Of a stretch of DNA of 64,000 bases, positions 1-10,741 are shown piece after piece. The position numbers and the translations under genes were made by a program. Position 1 is the first letter of the stretch; every line of letters starts with the position of its first letter. The notes beneath the pieces were generated by a model that had not been told where the DNA came from, did not search any database, and worked only from the letters and a program-made list of their open reading frames with translations. This DNA comes from Macrostomum lignano (Eukaryota), in assembly GCA_002269645.1 (NCBI GenBank), contig NIVC01000760.1:1-64000 (forward strand), in the 5' to 3' direction.

Positions 1-2233
1 CATCAACAGCAGCAGCAGCAACAGCACGAACTGTACGATTACAATACGACCATGGCTAGACCAGCTTATCCACAGCACAGCCAGTATCAGCCGCAGAGTC
101 CATTATCTGCATCAGAATCAGCATCAGAATCAGCAGCAGCATCAGCAACCTCCGCAACTGCTGCAGCAGCAGCAACAGCAGCCAGTGCGGCGACGAATGC
201 AGCTCAACGAGTCCAATCAGTCTGAGCGAACTCTCAGTTGGCTGTCTTACCAGCCTCTCGCAGGCCTCTGGGCCCTCCGTCGAGCTCGGTATCCGCAGCT
301 TACATCTCCGATGATGGTATCGCTCATCTTCGACTCAATAAGCATATCGCACTGGAGGTGTCAGACTATGCTATTCGGATTATTAACAACGGAACAATTC
401 GGCTCTGCTGTGAGCAGCGCCGCCTCCATTGGCTCGCTGTTCATTACAATTGTCGGCTGGTTCGACACCGGAGCTCAACGAGTTGCTCTGGCATTCGACC
501 GCGACTGCGAACTGATGCTCCGGGCCGCCTAACCGCGCCTTCGGTGGTGCGCAAGGTCGCGAGTATTACCGGTGTGACTCAATCGGGCCATCAACTGCGC
601 CAAAGAGGAAACCATCTACATCGCGCACGAGGATCTCACCCATCAGCGTCTGTTCCGACGGAATAGCGACGAGAATTTTCCATTACAGGTGCAGGAAATG
701 GTTAAGGGTTCCAAGGTGTGTCGCGACGCCAGCGGAGCAATTAATCGTGAGTAATCTTCTTTCTTACGGTTGCTTCATGCATAACTATTCTATGGCGTCA
801 TGAACAACCAAAACTACATTTTTATCAGTCGACTTGCTGCTCCGTTCGAGCTGAACTTCAAGCAGCTGGCGAGCTCAGAGTTTGGTGGACAGGACCGGAC
901 CGTTTCGTCAATCAAATGATTGTGTCGCCAACGTCTGGTGCGTTCACGCTGATTACTAATTCGTTAGAGATTGTTAATACGCCTAAGTGCGAGGTCACCG
1001 TGAAATTCGGCTGCGTCTCCATTCTACTCGGGTGAGACTTGGGGTTTGGAGGTTTTTAAGCACGATAGCCATGGGGTGTTGAGTCTTGGAGTTTTATTAG
1101 ACACTAATAAGCAATGGGGTGTTGGCTTGGGGCTTGGAGTTTTATTAGGCACTGATAAGCAATGGGGTGTTCGGGCTTGGAGTTTTATTAGGCACTGATA
1201 AGCAATGGGGTCTTCGGGCTTGGAGTTTTATTAGACACTGATATGCAATGGGGTGTTGGGGCTTGGAGTTTTATTAGGCACCAATAGCAATGGTTGTTGG
1301 GCTTGGAGTTTTATTAGGCACCAATAGCAATGGGGTGTTGGGGCTTGGAGTTTTATTAGGCACCAATAGCAATGGGTTGTTGGGGCTTGGAGTTTTATTA
1401 GGCACCAATAGCAATGGGGTGTTGGGGCTTGGAGTTTATTAGGCACCAATAGCAATGGGTGTTGGGGCTTGGAGTTTTATTAGGCACCAATAGCAATGGG
1501 TGTTGGGGCTTGGAGTTTTATTAGGCACCAATAGCAATGGGTGTTGGGGCTTGGAGTTTTATCGACACTGCAAACCATAGTGTGGTTGTTTATAGGGGCG
1601 CTATTAAGTAAAAATTGAATTTATTTCTTATATACATTAGACTGCGCCAACTACAAATGTCAAATGGCGTGAAGAACTGCCTGCTAGACCTCTATCCAAT
1701 GGACGTTTTCGGCTGGAGCTGCCTCCCTCCAGATTATTACACAATGGCTAACGCCTGTCTTCCCCAGCATCATCAGCAGCCGCATCAGCAGCATCATCAT
1801 TCGTCGGTTGGCAAGCAGCAACACACCAGCATCAGTATCATTATCCGCATCATCAGCACCAGCAGCATCACCAGGTGCAAGACCATTTTTAGCTTTCACG
1901 GGGATTTGTCTTAAATTTTGTCTCGAAAATCTGATTAACTAATCCAACTGACTAAATCACCTTTGCCAACAGTACCAGCTTAGCAATCCGAGTGGCTATT
2001 CCACCTACGACGATGGTGAGGACGATGCGCCAGCTTGGTTTATCAGGCAGCAGCAGGCGAGGCGGTTTGAGCAGCACCACCGATCTCAGCAGCAGCAACA
2101 GCAGCAACAGCAGCAACAACAACTTGAAGCAGCAAGTCTCGACGACGCCAAGACTGCTACCATGACAACAGCAACGGCTACATGCGAGTCAGCCGAAGAC
2201 AACGACGAGGAAGCAACGTCGGAGCTCTGCTGA
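1..2233 (+). CDS. 3' part of an unidentified multi-exon gene (poly-Q/His tracts around a beta-strand-rich domain). Exons approx. <1-746, 829-1031, 1641-1874, 1973-2233; several apparent 1-nt frameshifts
   Basis: GT-AG introns at 747-828 (GTGAGT..ATCAG), 1032-1640 (GTGAGA..ATTAG) and 1875-1972 (GTGCAA..AACAG). The exon 2/3 junction reads through in frame (KFGCVSILLG-LRQLQMSNG). Protein-like segments are AAYISDDGIAHLRLNKHIALEVSDYAIRIINNG, KEETIYIAHEDLTHQRLF and IVSPTSGAFTLITNSLEIV. The last exon reads YQLSNPSGY..QQQQ..EEATSELC*. The frame must be switched several times to keep the protein-like reading. Confidence 0.6.
1070..1570. repeat. Minisatellite, about 41-42-bp unit (GCAATGGGGTGTTGGGGCTTGGAGTTTTATTAGGCACCAATA), intronic
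   Basis: About 12 tandem copies inside intron 1032-1640. Confidence 0.95.
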
Positions 2234-2494
2234 CCGCCGACTTGCCGCGCTGTGGACGCGAAGGTAAAATAAACGCGCACAAATAGAACGAACGCTCGAT
2301 TCTTGTCATCTGATTTTTTAGTATTATTGAAATTGATTGACTGAAACGGACTGGTTGATTTTAAACGCTGATTGAATCCGACGATTGAAGAGGGACAGAT
2401 GAGAGATCTGGCTTAGCAATGAAATGCGTTGTGCCATTTCACTGACTTGCCGTTTCCTTAAACTCCATCACTCATAACTCAATCCTCACCCCTC

Positions 2495-3400
2495 TCTCCG
2501 CCCCTGACTCTTCTCTATCTCCGCCCCTGACTCTTATCTATCTCCGCCCCTGACTCTTCTCTATCTCCGCCCCTGACTCTTCTCTATCTCCGCCCCTGAC
2601 TCTTCTCTATCTCCGCCCCTGACTCTTCTCTATCTCCGCCCCTGACTCTTCTCTATCTCCGCCCCTGACTCTTCTCTATCTCCGCCCCTGACTCTTCTCT
2701 ATCTCCGCCCCTGACTCTTCTCTATCTCCGCCTCTGACTCTTCTCTATCTCCGCCCCTGACTCTTCTCTATCTCCGCCCTGACTCCTCTTTTTTCTCCGC
2801 CCCTGACTCTTCTCTATCTCCGCCCCTGACTCTTCTCTATCTCCGCCCCTGACTCCTCTTTTTTTCTCCGCCCCTGACTCTTCTCTATCTCCGCCCCTGA
2901 CTCTTCTCTATCTCCGTCCCTGACTCCTCTTTTTTTCTCCGCCCCTGACTCTTCTCTATCTCCGCCCCTGACTCCTCTTTTCTCTCCGCCCCTGACTCCT
3001 CTCTATATCCGCCTCTGAATCCTCTCTGTCTCCGCCTCTGACTCCTCTATACCTCCGCCCCTGACTCCTCTCTATATCCGTCTGAATCCTCTCTATCTCC
3101 GCCTCTGACTCCTCTATACCTCCGCCCCTGACTCCTCTCTATATCCGCCTCTGACTCCTCTCTATCTTCGCCCCTGACTCCTCTCTATCTCCGCCCTGAC
3201 TCCTCTCTATCTCCGCCCCTGACTCCTCTCTATCTCTGCCCCTGACTCCTTTTTCTCCGCTCCTTATCTCTCTCACTATCCGCCCCTTATCCTATTCACT
3301 ATCAGCCCCTTATCCCTCTCACTATCCGCTCCTTATCCCTCTCACTATCCGCCCCTTATCCTATTCACTATCCGCCCCTTACCCCTCTCACTATCCGCCC
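2495..3400. repeat. Minisatellite, 23-bp unit (CTCCGCCCCTGACTCTTCTCTAT), degenerating to CACTATCCGCCCCTTATC
   Basis: Direct inspection. Confidence 0.95.
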
Positions 3401-4711
3401 TTTCAACAGCAAATATCTTTGTAAGCAGTTAGTAGAAAAATTAATTGCAAACTCTTTCAATTGCCTCTGGTCGGGCTGTCCATTGCTCACAAAATGCCTA
3501 TTTGTTAGAACAAAGTGCTTTAATATTTGTTTACATATCAAAATGTGTGCCCACTGTAAATTCATACCCAGTACAAGTACTTATGAGTGACAGCTCTCTC
3601 CCCGATGCTAAATATTTAATCTGTCTGTGATTTTAATTAGCAAGTACATACCTACACGTATTTGCGAGCTAGAAGTTTGTGCGAATTCAATTATAAATAT
3701 AATGATTGTTTCTATTATGGTTAAATAGCCGCGTCTTTGACCTTCTAGTGTCCTTGTTTCGATAAAAGATTACGATGTACTTTGAGATTAGACTGGGTTG
3801 CTAATCTAGCCAATAACTCTCTAGAAATGAAAAATATCTTAACACACTTGTTTATCTTCAACAGTTCAAATTATCAACGATGATTGCAGCAGTAATCACA
3901 ACGCGATAGAAAATTTTCGAATTTGAACTTTTAGATTATAACAAAATTTAAATGATCGTTTTCACATAATTCATAATCACAATTCAGCGAAGTTTACTAC
4001 GCTCATGGAAGGATGGAAGTGTCATTTTGAATTTTTGCTTCGAACTAACAAATCGCCATTAAAATATTCGAGCTTGCATTTTAGATAAACGAAAATAATG
4101 TCCTTTTTGAATAGACAGTGTCTCTGATTGAGCTTTTTAACAAATTATTAAACACTTTAAAAGAGAATATCATATTTAAAAAGTTAATATTCTCGTCATT
4201 AAATAAAACAATCAATTAATCTATCCAGCATCGTGGCCACTCGTTCAAGTGGACGCAAACGGGCATGTTATAACAAAAAATGTTATTATAATCTTTGTTA
4301 AAATCGATAATAAGAATGAATTAAAAAATTACACGACAGAAAATATTTACTCTGTACTCGCAGAATAAGTTAATTAACTAAAACACACAAGCTAGCATGA
4401 ACAAAATCTTTGAGTTTTGCTAAGATTTGCTACTAAAACAGTAGTAAGTAGCGAGTATGACTAATTATGAATATGGATAGCTGAATTTGTGGCGGCGCCT
4501 AAATGTGTTTAAATGGAAGCTGCTGTGTAATGTGTAGCAAACAGCAACAGTATATAGATGTAATAATCCGTATAAATAGGCAGAATTAGTATTGAATCCG
4601 ATATTATTTTTCAAATTTGCAAATTTACATGGCTGACTCTTATCGAGCAATGTGCTGCGAACAGAGAGACATGCTGACATTGGAATTGTGCGCACATGCA
4701 GATGTGAATAT

Positions 4712-5460
4712 CCTATCTATCCCATCTATATCCCATTTATCCCATCTATATCCCATTTATCCCATCTATATCCCATTTATCACATCTATATCCCATTTAT
4801 CACATCTATATCTAATTTATCACATCTACAACCCATTTATCACATCTATATCCCATTTATCACATCTATATCCCCTTTATCACATCTATATCCCATTTAC
4901 CACATCTATATCCCGTCTATCTTATCAATTTAATCTATCAATCCCAATTTTCCCATCTATCCCACCTATCCAATATACCCATCTATCCCATTTATCTTAT
5001 GTATCCCATCTATATCCCATCTATATCACCTATCCCACCTATCCAATATATCCCATCTATCCAATCTATCCCATCATCTATCCCATCTATCCCATTTATC
5101 CCAACTATCCCATCTATTCCCTTTATCCCATTTATCCCATTTATTCCATTTATCCCACTTATCCCATTTATCCCATTTATCCCATTAATCCCAACTATTC
5201 TATACCCCATTTATCCCATCTATTGCATTTATCCCATCTATTGCATTTATCCCATCTATCCCATTTATCCCACCTATCCCACCTATCCAATGTATCCCAT
5301 CTATCCAATCTATCCCATCATCTATCCCATCTATCCCATTTATCCCATCTATCCCATCTATCCCATTTATCCCATCTATCCCATTTATTCCAACTATTTT
5401 ATCTATCCCATCTATCCCACCTACGAAGGATATCCCATCTATCCCATCTATCCCATCTAT
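4712..5460. repeat. Degenerate about 9-bp TATCCCATC/T repeat
   Basis: Direct inspection; source of the IYPIYP/SHL ORFs. Confidence 0.9.
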
Positions 5461-5565
5461 TGTTTGGGAATTTAACAATCAAAACTGATTATGCAGACAA
5501 TATTTAAAAAAATATCCAATTGACTGACAGGGGTTGGTGAGGGCTTCACAAGTCTCAGGACGCGG

Positions 5566-8036
5566 TTATCTACGTCGAAGATCCAGCCGAAAGATTCTAA
5601 GGAAGGTCTTCTTAAACTGAGCGTTAGCCAAGGCGTAGCAGAACGGATTGATGGGGCTGTTCATGTAGCACAGCCAGTAGCCCAGGTTGTACAGATGAGG
5701 ATTGAGGCAGGTGCCTTTGCAGATGCTCCTGATGAGAATGAACACGTGGTAGGGCGTCCAGCAGGCCACGAAGGCGCCGAGGATCAAACTGATTGTCTTC
5801 AATGCCTTCCGGGCTCGATTCTCCGTTCGCGACTGTTTCTTGGCCAGCTTCAGCGTCTTGCCAGCGGCTCGGCTGCCCACCTGGCGTCGGATGCGACGAG
5901 TTGCGTCGCGAAGATACCGCGTGACTTGTGACACCGCGGCCACCCGACGGCTGGCTGAGGTTCGAGCCCGGGGTGCCTCCTCATCTGTCTGATCCAAGAT
6001 GGTGAGCTCGCAGCTGTTCCGCTGGCTGGCAGCTCCACTACCGAAGTCACAATCCGATCGGTCAGGAACGCATCCTCCGTGGTGGCCGTTGGTGTCGCTG
6101 CCGCGGTTGTTTTCGTTGTCTCGGAGTTTCTCCGACAATCGGACGATCGCTGGAAGGACGTTCGACGTTTCCACACCGGCGAAGAGCCGCCGCGACCGCC
6201 CTCCCGTTCACCCGAGTTGAGCTGCTGACGCCACCAACGCTTAGGCAGCAGCTCCACCAGAAGGCGCATCGAGTCGATTGACGGATTTGACCGGATGCTG
6301 TCCTCGTCGATGTAGCGCAGGCCTTCAAACTGGTCAGACGGGGCGCAGAGCGAGTACGGCGGCGGCGGCTGCTGTTGCTGCTGCTGCTGTTTCTGCTGTT
6401 GTCCGCCCTGACTGTCATCTGGTAGCATCTGGTGCACTGGCACAGCAAAGTGCACCATAGCCAGGCTGCCATTGACGTCTAGGGCCGGGTTCTCGTAGCT
6501 CAGTCCGCTGGCTGTGTGGTAGTCTGAGTCACTGGATGCGTTCATTGGCAACGCCCTGCGCTGTTGCTGTTTTTGCGGCTGCTGCTGCTGCTGCTGGTCT
6601 CCATGAAGCTGCTCAGACACCTGCGGTGGAGGCGGCAGAGGCGGAAGCGGCGGCGGCGGTGTCTCCACTAGCACCGGGCTCTGGATCGCCGAGAGCGGCG
6701 GCGCTGTCCTTCCAGTTTTTGCCTGTTGCTGCTTCTGATAATGATGATGTTGCTGTTGTTGCTGCTTCTTCTGCTTTCGGTGCTGCTTCTGATTGTTCGA
6801 AGCCTGGGCCGCGTCTTGGCCGTTGTCCGAGTCGGAAGGCAGCACCGGGGAGCTCGACCGGTCCTCGTCGCCCGAACTGTTGACGCCTCGGCCAGCGCCG
6901 GCGCCTCGCTGCTGCCGCTGCCTCAGCTGCTGCTGCTGCTGCTGGTGCAGCTTCTTGCGCTCCCGTTTCGACATCTTCCTGTCGCTGCCGGAGAAGCCCG
7001 TAGCGCCGGTCGCTTCATCTTTTCTGCTCGACACTGCCGCCTTCCGATTTGACGGCATCAACGGATCGTGCGGGCCGCCGTCGTCCCCGACGTCGCCGCC
7101 ACCGACGCCTGCGTGTCCACCGGTGGCACCGGAGGTTGCTGCCGACTCGGACGCGGCTGGCCGACCCGCTGCTCCGCCGGCACCGCCACCTCCGCCTCTG
7201 CCGCCGTTGCCTCCAGCGCCGCCGCCTCCAGTGGAGGACAAATTAATCAAATTGTTCACCTTCTGGCGTTTGGCCTCGGACTTTCTGGCCAGCTGGAGCG
7301 CTACGCGGTAGATGCCGATGTACAGCCCGATCATCACGGCCAGGGTCACCCAGAAGTAGCAGATGGTCAGCACAGTGTTGTACACAGGATCCTCCGAGAA
7401 CTCGGCGAAGCACTCGTTGTCGTTCCGTTGGCTGCTGGCAACGTACGGCCAGGCAAAAATCGGCGGCACAAAGAGCAGAGCGGGCAGGACCCAAGTGGCC
7501 GCCACCATGACTTGCACCTTTCGCTCTGTTCTCCATTTTCTATACTTGGCGGGTATTTTCACCGAGCAGAATCGGTCAACCGTGATGCAGAACACTGTGT
7601 ACTGCGAGGTCAGACAGGCCGTGTAGTCCAGAGACAGCCACAGGTCGCAGACAATTCTGCCTAGTGGCCACTGGCCCAGCAACAGGTACAGAGTGTACAG
7701 GTTCATGCTGAACATGCCAATTAATAAGTCTGTAATTGCCAACGACGCAATAAAATAATTTGTTGCGCTGCGAAGCTGGCGTTCAACGAAGAATGCCGTT
7801 ACCACTAGAAGGTTTCCAACAACGGTAACGAAACTGGCGATAGAGGCTAGCAGGCCCAGAAGTACCATGACAGGTGGAGAATAGTCCGGCTCTCTGGCAG
7901 CTCCGGGAGAAGCGATAGTCGTGTTGTTTGCCATCGTAGTTGACATTATCGTTGCTGTTGTTGTCATTGTTGTTGCTGTTGTTGCGGCTTCGCTAAACGC
8001 CAAGTCGATGGCTAGTTTAGCTAATTGCGCTGTCAT
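5566..8036 (-). CDS. mAChR-B: Muscarinic acetylcholine receptor, invertebrate B-type (class A GPCR), apparently single-exon. TM1-5 lie in ORF 5850-8036 and TM6-7 in ORF 5566-6174, with a frame break in ICL3
   Basis: TM1 GNLLV, TM2 LAITDL, and TM3 with the amine-binding Asp (WLSLDYTACLTSQYTVFCITVDRFCSVKIPAKYRKWRT). TM6 is ENRARKALKTISLILGAFVACWTPYHV and TM7 is WLCYMNSPINPFCYAL. The DRFCSVKI and WTPYH motifs fit protostome B-type receptors rather than A-type/vertebrate ones (DRYFSV, WTPYN). Confidence 0.88.
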
Positions 8037-8224
8037 GTTGGCTGCTGTGCTGTTAGCTTGTTGTTGAAGTGTCGTTTCGAGTTTTAACTCTGCGGGTTCG
8101 CGGAGTTTGAGTTGATTGAAGATGCCCGAGCTTGGGCCTGTGCTTCCAGACCTTGATACGGCTCACTAATTAGAGCAGGAGTTGGTAAACTATTTTTTTA
8201 ACTTAAGGGCCAGACGTAGAATCT

Positions 8225-8790
8225 AGGGTAAGAAGAGAGGAGAAAGGAGAGAAGAGGGGAGAGCGAAGGAGAGAGAGGAGAGAGAGGGAGAGAAGGAGAG
8301 AGGAGGGGAGAAGGAGAGAGGAGGGAGAAGGAGAGAGGAGGGGAGAGGGAGAGAGGAGGGGAGAAGGAGAGAGGAGAGAGGAGGGTAGAGAGGAGAGTGG
8401 AGAGAGAAGGGGAGAGAGGAGAGAAGGGATAGTAGGAGAGATGGGAGAGGAGGGAGAGAGGAGAGAGGAAGGGAGATAGGAGAGAGGAGGGGAGAGAAGA
8501 GAGAGGAGGGGAGAGGAGGGGAGAGAAGAGAGAGGAGGGGAAAGGAGGGGAGAGAGGAGAGAGGAAGGGAGAGAGGAGAGAGGAGGAGAGAGGAGAGGGG
8601 AGGAGAGAAGAGAGGAGGGTGAGAAGAGAGAGGAGGGGAGAGGAGGGGAGAGAGGAGAGATGAAGGGAGAGAGGAGAGGAGGGGAGAGGGGAGAGGAGGG
8701 GAGAGGAGGGGAGAGAGGAGAGATGAAGGGAGAGAGGAGAGGAGGGAGAGGGGAGAGGAGGGGAGAGGGGAAGCGAGAAAGGAGAGCTGA
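8225..8790. repeat. GA-rich polypurine low-complexity tract
   Basis: GGAGAGAGGAGGG-type repeats just upstream of the mAChR ORF. Confidence 0.9.
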
Positions 8791-9847
8791 GAAGAGACAC
8801 AAACCCTGAGCGGGCCGGATTGCTATTGTGAAGTTTCAAAGCACCCGAGAGCCGGATAGAGAGGCTTCGCGGGCCGGAGTTGGCCGACTCTTAAATTAGA
8901 AGGACGTTATGCGCTTACAAGAGCATTTATTATTTACATTCATAGTGTAAATCATAGTGTAGATCATTGTGTAGATCAATATGTAAATTACAAGTAGCCA
9001 TGAAATTCTGGTGTGGTCAAAGTACTACTAAAGTCAGATTGTTAAGTTGCATTCTGATAGCTCATACTGACTATTTTTTATACAATCTTTAGCTACTCAA
9101 ACGTCCTACCCTACTCAGCAGTAGCAGTAATAATAGTAAGTATTATATCACCAAATTTTGCAAACCAAAAAACGGCAAAATTTTCAGCTATAAATAATTC
9201 CAGTAGACAGCATCGAGGTCTGCATACGGAAGCCCCTGATTGATCCCCCCATTTTCCCTCTGAAAAGAGAAAAATGGAAGAGCACTTTGTTTAATTAAAA
9301 CAGTATTTTTTTCGACTGGCATTTACATTCAGTCGGACAGTCAATGCTCCACATTGAATATTGTGGCGCAGGAATGGCCCAATTTAGTTCGTGCGTCTGC
9401 ATTCGGAGAGAGATTTACAGCATGCACCGTTGTTTATTTTATTGGCGTATTCAGGGCTAGAGGCTTGTGTCTAACGACATGATGGATGCTTACTAATGTA
9501 TGGGGGGAGTGGGATCAGGGATAGCTAACTGCAAGAGCACAGGTGTACAAGCTTGTTTGTGCAGAATCAGATAAAACAAAATCTATAATAGCTAACTGAT
9601 TATCAAATTTTCGTTTTCAAAAAAAATAATTGTTTTAAAGTACTTGTTGCCCTATTGTTCACAAGCTTAAAAGTGAGTTGGAATGCTAGTTTAGTTAAAG
9701 GCAACCAGCACTATAGGCGACATTGTCACCAAACTTCGAGATTTATTAATGCCCATTCCGCCGACTCCCCTGAGCAGGCACACAAGCGCGCGGATATGTA
9801 CGCAGTCATACGCACAGGCACACACTCACACAGAAGTGTAAGTCCAT

Positions 9848-10110
9848 AGAGGCTTCAAAATATCAAAATCTCAAAATCTCACCTGACCAGAGTGAGCTGG
9901 AGGCTTCAAAATCTCAAAATCTCAAAATCTCACCTCTGACCAGAGTGAGATAGAGGCTTCAAAATCTTAAAATCTCAAAATCTCACCTGAACAGAGGGAG
10001 ATGGAGGCTTCAAAATCTCAAAATCTCAAAGTCTCACCTGACCAGAGTGAGGTAGAGGCTTCAAAATCTTAAAATCTCAAAATCTCACCTGACCAGAGTG
10101 AGATGGAGGC
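9848..10110. repeat. 51-bp tandem repeat (about 5 copies) with internal AAAATCTCA subrepeats
   Basis: GAGGCTTCAAAA recurs at 9849, 9900, 9953, 10004 and 10055. Confidence 0.9.
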
Positions 10111-10741
10111 TATAAGTCTCATCATGAAGCAGCAGAAAATGATCTTTTAATCCAAGTCGCTGATGACATGACAGCAAAGGCAGCCGCAAAAATTCTGAGT
10201 CCTCCTGGCCGACCTCCCTAATTAGCTCAACCGAAGCCTTAGCAACTCGACCATTGGCTTGAAACATCTCTTCATTTCCCTCTCTACCAGCAGGTGATAC
10301 GAAAGCCACTTGAAAAAATGCTAATTAAAACTCTTTGAGTCAGCTCTTTCGAAATTGAGGAGGGCGACTCGTGTTGAACTCTTTGACAGCTGAATTCGGT
10401 TAAGCGATTAATTATTATTTTAAATTGGAAAGTTCTGTCAACCAGTCTGTCTGTCTGTCTGTCTGTCTGTCAATTTCGCTGATGAAATTATGGCCAATAT
10501 TAAATTGCTTCAACTAAGAGGATTAATTCACTTTTTCTAAAACCAGAAAAATGAATTGAAAATGTTTTCTATAGATGCACTCAGCGTTATGAAATCTCAT
10601 AATTGTGTTTTCAAATGAAACCGCTAAATTTGGTTTTGGCTGGCTTGTGGCGCCCTTGTCTGTGAGCTGCAGTGCGCCGTGTCACACTAAATATAGCTCC
10701 ACACATGCAATGAAACGTTCTTCTCTGTTTCACATACTTCA

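Noticed and set aside
4617-5507. 296-aa and overlapping IYPIYP/SHL ORFs
   Set aside because: Translations of the TATCCCATC repeat.
6100-6260. Programmed ribosomal frameshift in the mAChR gene
   Set aside because: No X XXY YYZ slippery site or obvious stimulatory structure; indel error is more parsimonious given the frameshifts at 1-2233.
5695-7664. Plus-strand ORFs overlapping the receptor
   Set aside because: Antisense shadows of a GC-rich coding region.
10085-10309. 74-aa minus-strand ORF as an upstream mAChR exon
   Set aside because: No recognisable homology, and no compatible splice sites that I could establish.
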